Positions 37,793 to 47,337 of a stretch of 64,000 bases of DNA are shown here, in pieces. Position numbers and translations under genes: made by a program. How positions within the stretch are numbered: the first letter of the stretch is position 1; every line of letters starts with the position of its first letter. The stretch is from Schizochytrium sp. TIO01 (Eukaryota > Protista > Bigyra: Labyrinthulomycetes), in the NCBI GenBank assembly GCA_004764695.1, contig SMSO01000007.1, forward strand, positions 1,247,270 through 1,311,269. Reading direction: 5' to 3'. A model generated the notes under the pieces. That model was not told the origin of the DNA, ran no database searches, and saw nothing but the letters and a program-made list of their open reading frames with translations.

Positions 37793-38188
37793 CCCTTGAT
37801 TCCACATGGATGCCATCGTTCACGCCATTCCTTAATCTCTCCTCCAAAGGTTCATTGAAGGACAGGAGGGAAATAAATCTCATGTAATTCCAAAGTCCAT
37901 TTCATACCATCCATCGGCCTAGCCTGAACCAATTCCTGATCAAACACCGCCATTCGAAAGCCTCAATTTTTCTCTTCGTCTCGAGGCCCTCCCAGCCTCT
38001 TTCGAAACCGTTGAGACCGTCTTCTATGCATCGTCGCACGCGTCCTGCCGCTCCCTTCTGCTCTCACCAGTCCCACTTGCCGCCCTCTGCGCCCCCTCTC
38101 CCCTTGTTCCCTCCGTTACCTCTGTTCCCCCATAGCTTTCCTCCTCCGTGCGTCTCGCACACGCACTCGATTATTATTTAGGTACCCC

Positions 38189-38202
38189 CTAGGGTTAGGT
38201 TT
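38189..38202 (-). promoter_or_regulatory. Telo-box-like motif (AAACCTAACCCTAG) upstream of RPL26
   Basis: Contains AACCCTA about 220 nt upstream of the RPL26 ATG; telo-boxes are known in plant ribosomal-protein promoters. Confidence 0.3.
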
Positions 38203-38419
38203 CCACGGAGTTGAAGGCGATATTTATATGGGGACAGAGGGGGGCGGGGCAGGAAGGGGGGCATGAAAGGATATGGCTCACCGCCATCGGCGCCACCCAA
38301 GCGCGGGAAGAGGAAGGGGGTAGAGTGGGAGAAGGCGCGAAGGGCGGCGGCGGCGTGAATAGACAGGAAACAAACGGAGACCAAGGCAGCCGTCAGCGCA
38401 GCACAAGCTCCCGCGCACG

Positions 38420-39345
38420 ATGAAGTTCTCGGTACGTGGCGATTCTCTGGTGATAGCTCGGTGACTTGTCCTCTTGCCGGCGTGGACCTCTGCTCTCACC
38501 CGTGGACTTGACCTCAGCAGCGCCCCGCTCGCCTGCGCATGGAATGGCGCCATGGCATGAGGCCATTTACAGCGGCGCTTCTTATGGGTGGCTGAGGGCA
38601 CGGAACAGGCCATAGAGGACGTGGACGACAGCGATAGCTCCTGAAGGATGTCGAGGATGTATGTGGATTGGGCACAATAGACAACGATTGACTGACGTGA
38701 TGATGCATTGATAATTGACGATAAACTACATATGACTTGCTGGTCTCTTTCCTTGGGTGATCAAATTGGTTGGACTGCGATACTTATTCATGGTTACGTG
38801 GATGTCAAATTGCGATGTGGATTCTCATTCGCTTCGAACACTCGGTTCTCGCTCACTCTGGACGCTTGGAAATGACGGCGATGTTGTTTGCCGATTTGCT
38901 GGCTCGTTGATTGGTCAATGAATGGTTTATGCCTACACAGCCTAATGTCACCTCCTCCCGGAGGAAGAACCGCAAGGCCCACTTCGGCTCCCACTCCGAT
39001 GCTCGCCAGAAGCTCATGAGCGCCCCGCTCTCCAAGGAGCTCCAGCAGCAGCACAAGGTCCGCTCCATGCCGGTCCGTAAGGATGACGAAGTTGTTATTG
39101 CCCGTGGAAAGTTCAAGCTCGTGGAGGGCAAGGTCGTCTCCTGCTACCGCAAGAAGTTCGTCCTCCACATCGAGGGTGCCAAGATCACCAAGCAGAACGA
39201 GCAGCCGGTTTACGTTGGTATCCACCCCTCCAACGTCATCATCAAGCGCTTGAAAATGGACAAGGACCGCAAGGCCGCCCTCGAGCGCAAGGCCAAGGGT
39301 TCCCAGGGCAAGGTGAGCAGCGCTGACGTCGCTCAGATGGATTAA
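38420..39345 (+). CDS. RPL26: 60S ribosomal protein L26 (uL24); exons 38420-38431 and 38941-39345, 138 aa
   Basis: ATG AAG TTC TCG|GTACGT...CACAG|CCT AAT GTC gives [19 protein letters not shown]; also [20 protein letters not shown] and VGIHPSNV. Confidence 0.96.
38432..38940 (+). other. Spliceosomal GT-AG intron of RPL26 (509 nt, phase 0)
   Basis: GTACGT donor and ACAG acceptor; splicing restores the conserved MKF N-terminus. Confidence 0.88.
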
Positions 39346-40276
39346 GGACCTTATATTTTTTTTGTCTCCTTTTCCTTTTCCTTCTTCATGGTTTTGCCTC
39401 TTGGCGTAACTGACCCAACCATCCTTTTCCTCTTATTCGCGACAGCGACTGTCCATCCGCACTAGTAGGAAGGGAGTCTGGCCGCGTGCATGCACCAGCG
39501 TGCACTAGCTCCTGTGCATTGCTCAACATCAACCACTACTTTTTCTTTTTTACCTTTTCCTTTGATGTCGCATTTCCTTGGCGAGTCTTTAAGAAGAAAA
39601 ACAACATCTTGCTTGAGTGTGCTCCTGTTTTGTGAAGTATTTTCCTTCCTTCACCTTGTTTCTTGTACCTTGTCTACATTAATTGAAAATGTAGTTGGAA
39701 TCAGTATCCTGCTGGTTAGCCAAATGCGAGGCCTGAAGTTAGCGAGCCTCCCCGAAGTTTCCCTGGTGGCAAAAGTATGCTCCCTCCTGGTGTATTTTGT
39801 CTCAAGATGCGCTTGCCGAATGAATCAATACAGACTTGAACAAATATATGCTTAGGTAATTAATATGAAACCTCCCTCGTCTAGCTCATTATCACTGAGG
39901 TTGGTGACTACGGCAATCTGCAAGATCCTGAGTGCCCCTTCTTGTACCATAAATTGAGAAATGCATTCTTCAACATGCCCTTACTGCGTGGACTTTTCAA
40001 ACTTCAACAGGGATGAGGTTAGGTAGGCCTTTGATTGTAATTCGTGAAATCTCCTAGGCTACTTATCATAAACTGGCTTCTATGGTATTTAGAACGTCTC
40101 TTCTTGTATCAAAACTAAAGAAATGTTTCTTTTTTTTTTAAAGTAAATCTGGTACAGATTATTGTAGTCATGTGCAAGGAAAACTAATAAGGAACATCGT
40201 GGTTACGCCAGGTACACTTCTGAATATTTAAAAAATAGAAAATAGAACGCATTAAGAGAGGACAACATAATAAACA

Positions 40277-41077
40277 TTAGTCTGATGATCGAGGCGTAAA
40301 GACTTTCTCATTCCGTTGAGGTCTCTCAGCCACCCGACTAGCAAACTTGCGTGGAAGAGACATATTAACCACAATTTTACTGTCTCTCCACTCTTGCGGT
40401 TGCTCGCGCACGAACCTTGCCAATTCAAAGTCACCCTGTGCACAGCAACAATGGGGGCATGCTCTACCTGGGTAGCAATACTTTGCGTCGGCAGTTGGGT
40501 CTAAGCAAACCTCTGCCATGACAATACCTTTCCGTTTAATAAGATCTTTCATAGGGCTCCGTCCGGTCACAGCACAAACAACTCGACCATCATTACGCTC
40601 GACGCGGACCGACAGTACATCAAACTCAGCGGAATTGCAAAGCGAACATAGATGTTTCCACTCATATGCGCATAAATACAGTTCTTGTTCCGCTTTCTTC
40701 TTCCGAGAGTCTGATGGAATTTCATGCTGCTTATTCATGTTCCCTATGATGTTATTCCCCTGGCTTGATGGCAAAGGCGCATCAGACTCCTCGATACGTG
40801 TGTCAGCAAGCCTATATTTATCCCAAGGACCGAAGCTCTTCTGGCAGGACCTTGAAGATTTCGACCTTGGCTTGGAGTCTTTCGCCTTAGTTTTCGGCTG
40901 CTTATTTATGCGGTGCTTGCTACAAGGCGAGCTCCCATCCCCATCCGTGTCAAATTCATCCTCTGATGATGACTCAGAATCCCAGTTTGTTTCGCTGTCA
41001 GCAACCTTGCCTAAGATCATTCGGTCCAAAACTCTGTGAGTTCGTGTGGCTTTCATCATGTGCTTGCCAGCCTGCAT
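40277..41077 (-). CDS. Hypothetical protein, low-complexity N-half and Cys-rich C-half
   Basis: 266 aa from first ATG; acidic SESSSEDEFDTD tract; CSLC...CYPGRACPHCCC. Start uncertain and no family recognised. Confidence 0.6.
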   Translation of the reverse strand: MQAGKHMMKATRTHRVLDRMILGKVADSETNWDSESSSEDEFDTDGDGSSPCSKHRINKQPKTKAKDSKPRSKSSRSCQKSFGPWDKYRLADTRIEESDAPLPSSQGNNIIGNMNKQHEIPSDSRKKKAEQELYLCAYEWKHLCSLCNSAEFDVLSVRVERNDGRVVCAVTGRSPMKDLIKRKGIVMAEVCLDPTADAKYCYPGRACPHCCCAQGDFELARFVREQPQEWRDSKIVVNMSLPRKFASRVAERPQRNEKVFTPRSSD

Positions 41078-42980
41078 ATCCACGTTCCTTTGACAATGCT
41101 GTGGACTCTAATGCTTAGATTTTGAGTTTGCTTTGGCCAAGAGTATATTCTGCGCTGTTGCAGCGTTACGCGCTTTTCCAGCTTGTTTGTGGCTCTTGTT
41201 AGTAGGATAGTTGCTTCCCAGTTAGTTGGTTTAGTTAATCATCAAAGTAGCGTTATTACTAGCTCTAATTGTCCTTCTTACGGTCTTAGCGCACAACTCT
41301 AATCTGCGTTCTACCTTTACTGTGAACAGTAAGTGGTGAACATGATCTAGCTTTCTAAACCTTACCAGCTTCAGTTTTTATTCTGCTAGCTTTCCTCCAG
41401 GCTCCATACAAGCGTCCCTGGAGGTAGCTAAGTTTGCATCACTTATTTGCTCGTTGTTATCTAAACAAATCTTCCTACTCCTGTGCCTATCTCCTTTTCT
41501 GTATTAACACCGCAATAGATCTTCGAGACATTTATGCGTTACATCTTCCTCCTCAATTTGCCCAAACCCTCCGTAAAGAGCAGTGCGCGCCTACCACCTA
41601 TTAATAAGAAACGGTTCTACGACGACCAAGTACCCCAAGATAGGACCAGTCATACCGTGCACGGTATCTCATCTACTCGTGTCCTCGGCCCTTTAACTCC
41701 ACAGCAAAGCTCAGAACTATTCCTGGAAACTTGACACAAACTAACTCTCAGAGGCCTTCAAGATGAGACGTCCTACGAGCCATATAAAAGTTTCCACGTC
41801 AACCGTGGTGCCCAGCTCGCCTCAATACGGCCACGATTCATGGTGAACTTGAAGATTGGTCTTGCAGCGAGTCGGATCGCTTTACAATCGAGCGGGCTTA
41901 ACAAAAGTACTTAATCTCGGCAACATAGTTAGCACTTATCTAATCTCTGCTACTACCCTGGCCTTTCTTAAATGCTTTTCAAGCTTTTTAATAAATAATT
42001 TAAAAAATCATACAAGTTTTAAAATAAGTTTTTTCATGAGTTTTTATCATAGGTTTTTCTCTAAGGTTGTTAGGTGAGCATAGTAGTTTCCTAGAGGGCA
42101 CACACCATTCAACAGGGGTCGCAGACGACCTTTGAGATAGCATGATATGGTACATAATAGCAACTCGTAGGTAACTGCACGTGCATTGCTACGCAGAATT
42201 ACATACAAACTTGGACATGAAATCAGTGAAGATGGAATCCAACTTTAAAAGCGTCTTGCAAGGTGAGCGTGGAGAACAAGAGCTAGAAGCACTACAGAGA
42301 TGCCGAAGATTGGTAGCACGATAATTGAGAATATCCGACTGACGACAATGCCAACGAATAACGATGCGAAGGCTCACAATTGGAACGAAGTGCTCGAGAT
42401 CGAGATCGGGCCACAGTCAGCGACTTGAGTCCTACAGTTTAAGGTAGATGTCCATAGCATCCAGCGCGTGTTGACACTATCCCTCGTCTCGCAGTAATGG
42501 TCGCAAGTCGGTCGTGCGCATGCGCGCAGCAAACCTGCTTGAGGGATTGATGGAGGTCGGCTTGCTACAGGGCCTCCCACGATCAACGTAGGCGAAGGGA
42601 CCACGCAATCAATAGGCTTTCATAGGTGTGTGTAGTTTCTGTCGGAACCAGTTCCCGGCATCCTAACTAACTGATCAGGCGTACGCCAGAAACTCTACTG
42701 GTGCAAACTGGGTTTTTGTTTGCTTGCTTGCTTGTTTGCTTGCTTGCGCCCTTCCTTAGTTGACCAGCACTACAAAACTGCGAACTAGTTTGCTTTGGCA
42801 TTTTGGCTGGAACTTAACCTGCAAGGTAGACGACGTGAAGGCAAAACCAAGAAGGTATTTCTCTGGTTGGCAGAACGTAAGAATACGTGTGACGGGCTGC
42901 GAAAAGCTCTCTCTAAACTGATTCAAGCTGCTTCAGAAGGCCCACTCCCCGCGGGACTTATTTTGCCAACCACAGAATAA

Positions 42981-44618
42981 ATGAGGGGCCTTTTTAAACG
43001 TGGCGGTCACGGGACCCCGCCTCCTCCGCCTCCAAGAAAACCAAGCAAGTACAAGAACAAAGCCAGCTCGAATGATGACGACCAGGATGGTCTTCCCGAC
43101 TGGTTTGACGAAAACGATGGGGCTCCACCTGTGCCTCCACGATGGTCTCGAGGCGAAAGCGTTCCCCGCACTAGGTCAATGATTCGCCAAAGTTTTGGTA
43201 AGTCATCTACACGTCGCGAACCCTTGTTCGCTTCATCCTCGAATAGTGGTTATAATGATGCAGATGACGAGGAAAAATCTGATATGCCTGGCTACAGCTG
43301 GGAGTCATCTGGAGCTGGGATGTCATCTTATGGGTCCTCTGCCCCAGCTGCCCCTACAACTTCTGGTGGTGGTGGTGGCGGCGGCTACAGCTGGGAATCT
43401 TCAACGCCGGCATCAACCGGGGCAAAGAGATCACCTCCACCTCGAACTGGTGGCGGTGGCGGAGGAGGTTACAGCTGGGAGACTTCAAACGATGATGACT
43501 ATGAACCTGTGGCCGTCTCGAATGGAGGGAACGGGGGAGGATACAGCTGGGATCAACCGTCAGGTAGAATGGATGGAGGTACAGTAAAAGGCGCAGCTCC
43601 GTCTCAACCTTCTTCTGCGCCTGCAGCTTGGATGCTTCCTCGTAGATCAGTCAAACGAGATTCCAAACGAGTCAATGCTTCTCCATACACTAAACCATCC
43701 CCTAGCGCAAGATCCTACGAAGGAAGTGTCGGCAGTGCAAGCGGATCAAACGACTGGCATAATAACGGAAAGGGATGGAGACAAGGTGGAAAGCCTAACG
43801 GGGATGCGTCTTGGATGCGAAGCGGTGCTGATGATGAAGATCAGGAACCTGCTCCTGCTGCATCATACGAGGGCTACAGCTGGAGTAACCCTGGCACTGG
43901 AAACAGCACTGGTGGAGGTGGCTATAGCTGGGAGAATGATGGTCGAGCAGCTGAGTCGCCATCTTACAACGGAGGAGGGTCCGGAGGAGCCGGTGGATAC
44001 AGTTGGGAACAACCTTCATCTCCTGCAGGAGACCGTTCGTCCAGTCGCAGCGGAGGTTTTGTTAAGCGCCTCAGCTCGCGCCTTAGCGGCCGCTTTAGTA
44101 CATCTCGCGGAGCATCTGACTCCGGCGGCCCAGAGATGGTGTCTTACAAAGAAGGGAGTGGCTGCTACTTGATATTTGAGACCAACAATAATGGCGTTCT
44201 CTATGCACAGTGGTCAGAAGATGGCTCAGCACCAGCTAATGCGTGGGCTTTCTTTCGTCCTCAGAAAAAGGTCCCCGGTTACAAGTACAAACAAAAGAAC
44301 GGGCGCGTTGATATCATCAAGGTTGGAGGTGACAAGAAGAAGGTTCTTGAGGGTGTTTCCCAGTTTATCAAGGAGGCTGTCTCGTGGCGTGCTACGCTTG
44401 TTCCACTGGACCACAATGAGGTTCGCTTCGATAGTTATGTTCTAACGTATGAGCTCGACGTACGCAAGCTCAATCGCGACCAAGCTTACGAAACGGCCAG
44501 GCTTGAAGCAGTTGCAGTCGTACCTCGCGCAAGCTTTGCCTTTGAAGGTATTGAGAAGACCAGCCGTGGTCACTTTTTATCGACAGGTAACAAATACGGT
44601 GTAACAACTTCCTTGTGA
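42981..44618 (+). CDS. GYSW-repeat protein with C-terminal Immune Mapped Protein (IMP1/IMP2)-like domain
   Basis: 545 aa; seven GYSW motifs in a Gly/Ser/Pro-rich region. The last ~155 aa (GCYLIF...NGVL...W...RPQKKVP...DKKK...QFIKEA...AVAVVP...FLSTGNKYG) match my recollection of the IMP2 pattern. Confidence 0.8.
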   Translation: MRGLFKRGGHGTPPPPPPRKPSKYKNKASSNDDDQDGLPDWFDENDGAPPVPPRWSRGESVPRTRSMIRQSFGKSSTRREPLFASSSNSGYNDADDEEKSDMPGYSWESSGAGMSSYGSSAPAAPTTSGGGGGGGYSWESSTPASTGAKRSPPPRTGGGGGGGYSWETSNDDDYEPVAVSNGGNGGGYSWDQPSGRMDGGTVKGAAPSQPSSAPAAWMLPRRSVKRDSKRVNASPYTKPSPSARSYEGSVGSASGSNDWHNNGKGWRQGGKPNGDASWMRSGADDEDQEPAPAASYEGYSWSNPGTGNSTGGGGYSWENDGRAAESPSYNGGGSGGAGGYSWEQPSSPAGDRSSSRSGGFVKRLSSRLSGRFSTSRGASDSGGPEMVSYKEGSGCYLIFETNNNGVLYAQWSEDGSAPANAWAFFRPQKKVPGYKYKQKNGRVDIIKVGGDKKKVLEGVSQFIKEAVSWRATLVPLDHNEVRFDSYVLTYELDVRKLNRDQAYETARLEAVAVVPRASFAFEGIEKTSRGHFLSTGNKYGVTTSL

Positions 44619-45686
44619 GCCTATCCCTGGCTTGCTTAGCAAATTATCCAGTGCAACCTTTTGATTCTGCTACGACGCTTTCTTTTTGTTTTTGTTTTGT
44701 TTTTAGTTTGTTTTATTTGTTTTGTTCTTTGCTCCTTTTTTCAATTAAGAATATGTTCCATCCTTCGAAGTTCAGTTTCATAGTGCTCCTTGTAGCGGCC
44801 CAATGTCCCTTTGGGCCTGCACTCAGCTCCTTCACATCATGGTCGCACACGGAAGGAAACATATACTCTTGAAGACTACATCTCATTTACCCTTACGAAT
44901 TCCTATTGTACTGTCAGAGGAAGACTCGGTTCTTTTAATTTTCCTGCACGCCGTAAAGAGGTTTTTCCTTGATATATCACTTCAGCTGATCTAGACCTAA
45001 TTATATTTTAAGAAAGGATCTGAAAAAAGAATTAAAACTAAAGAAGGCTCTTGTTCAAGAGATGGTTTGCTCATGAACGATCATTCTAACTCCATATTTG
45101 CTTGTAGAAGATTGGAGAAAGAGATGGTTCTGCTTGGATTTTCGGACGAGATTGGTAGCAGGATGCAGAGACACAGTCCCACATAGCAATATGCAGAAAT
45201 AAAAAAAGAAAGCTTCGCCTAAATTTCATAGCAGTCATGTTTGGTTTACGCATGATAAAAGTAGTTAAAGGTTAAAATAACACGGTGCGTGCGCTGAGCT
45301 ACGCAGAGATGCTGACCTTTGGGTTGTCGTGTTTTATTTCAAGAACCCTGATGGGTTCACAGAAGTAGTGGCCGCAAAGCAAGCGAACCGATTGTATAAA
45401 AGAATCTCCTACCCACGAATCATTCCGTCAACTTATCTAGAGGCTAGTACTCCAACTAGACGATAAAGAACAACCGACGATGATTGCGCTCGTAAAAGGT
45501 TGATCGTACGAGAGTTCATGTGATTTGAAGCGTGAAGGAGTAGTGTAAGTATGTGTACATTTGATGTACTCCAAGTGTGGAAAAGATGCTTGGCAATAGC
45601 TAAGACACGAGCAGTAACACTCGCAACATGAATGTGCTTAAAATGAAGCCCTTGTGAATGTTAGCTGATTATCTGACCAGCTAGTT

Positions 45687-46205
45687 TTACTTCCGTGGCG
45701 GGTGCTGCATTCCGGGGGGTGGCATCATACCAGGAGGCATCATACCAGGTGGCGGCATCATACCCGGAGGAGGCATCATGCCTGGCTGCATCATGTTGGG
45801 CGGTGGCATGCCTTGACCGCGACCCGCAAACGGCATAGGCTGTGCCTGGGCGGCCATGACAGCCTGGGGCGGCAGTACTCCACGTCCAGCCGCGACAGCC
45901 CTGCCAGCGCCAGGGTTAAGAGCGGTCTTAATATCCTGCTGCGGAGGTGCCTCAACCTGAACAGAAACGACGTTTTCACCACGCAAAAGCACAAGGCCTA
46001 AGGTACGCTTCTCCTCGCGCTCCTCGAGAGTCTTTTCGCCACGCTTCTTGCGAATTTTGCGGTGCTCCTCGCATTCTGCAAGCACAAGGTTCATATGCTT
46101 GTCAAATGCCAGAAAAGTTCCCACAAGCTGACGGCTGTCGGCAAGAGTAACACGCATGCGCCAGTTAATAAACTGCAGCATCTTGCTGCTCTTGATCATG
46201 CTCAT
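45687..46205 (-). CDS. SNRPB: Small nuclear ribonucleoprotein SmB/B'
   Basis: [38 protein letters not shown]...[19 protein letters not shown] plus PPPGM tail; first ATG at 46205 (172 aa). Confidence 0.96.
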   Translation of the reverse strand: MSMIKSSKMLQFINWRMRVTLADSRQLVGTFLAFDKHMNLVLAECEEHRKIRKKRGEKTLEEREEKRTLGLVLLRGENVVSVQVEAPPQQDIKTALNPGAGRAVAAGRGVLPPQAVMAAQAQPMPFAGRGQGMPPPNMMQPGMMPPPGMMPPPGMMPPGMMPPPGMQHPPRK

Positions 46206-47337
46206 TGTGCTATCTGCGTAGATCCAAGGAACTCGATGAATGAACAAACTGGACGAAATTCACAAAATCAGCAACGGCGAAGAAAACAGCTTCAACTCTT
46301 TCTCGTCTTCTTCTTCAGTTAGAGATTAACTCCAAGCAAGAGAAGAAGTGAATCAAAGAGGGTCACAGATAGCTGTTTGCAGTGAGACGAAAGGCTCAAG
46401 CAACCGGAGGAGAATAGGAGGAGAACGGGAGGACAGATGGAGAGGAAGAGTGCCACCAAAGCCACCACTAGCAATCAGAGCAACAAGAAACTACGAAAGC
46501 GTGCCACGAGGGGGTGAGGAAAAGCAGGAGGAGGCCTCGAAGCGCCTACGCGTCCTTTTGATCCGGACACACGCTCACACGTTCGAGAAGCAGGCAGGAT
46601 AGGATTCGAGCTTTGTTGCTCTTGCTTCTGACAAGACACCTGCTCTCCTCTCTATTTTCAATACCAATCTTATTTTACTTACCGCCATTGAAAGAATAAA
46701 CCCGTGGGTTGATATTAATTCTTCAGTATGACTATTGAAAGGAGCGCATTTGGGCTTGGCGAAGGACACTTGAGACCCGTGAATATGCTGTCCTTGGAGG
46801 TATAAACCATTCAGGCAGGTGGGACGAAAATTACTTGAAAGACATCATTCAATTTCTTCTAGAAATTGCGAGCGAAATAGAGCGAAAAGCTCGGAAATGA
46901 TTCTATATTTAGCTGTGACGCAGAGATAATTAGGCTTTCTGGAAATAAAAGAGAACCGGAGAGACAATGTCAGTAGGCGGAACATTAAGTTTTGAAGGGG
47001 AGCTAGAAGCTACTGTAAAACTTTCAACAATTAAGAACTTTCTAAACGGTATACAGAATAAAGAAATAAATGTCTACTTTGGTCTGTAAAGAAAATGTAA
47101 AACAAAGCATGTTTTATAAACGCCATATCTGTATATAGTTTACAGCTCAAAGTTTTCAAACAAAACTCTGATATTCCTTGCAACACGTCAACATATTTAG
47201 CAAGTCGATGAGGTGGAATTAATCAACCCAATACTGGGTTTTGAATAATCAGGAAAAGAATAACCCTTTTATGTGCCAATTCAATCATCCGATAGAAGGA
47301 AAGCGCTCTACACTTGATTCGACATAGCTCTTTTAAA

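Noticed and set aside
38794-39225. 143-aa ORF antisense to RPL26
   Set aside because: Codon-bias shadow of a highly expressed gene.
33158-46205. CWC22, RPL26 and SmB as a functional RNA-processing cluster
   Set aside because: Interspersed with unrelated genes in mixed orientation; consistent with an ordinary housekeeping neighbourhood.
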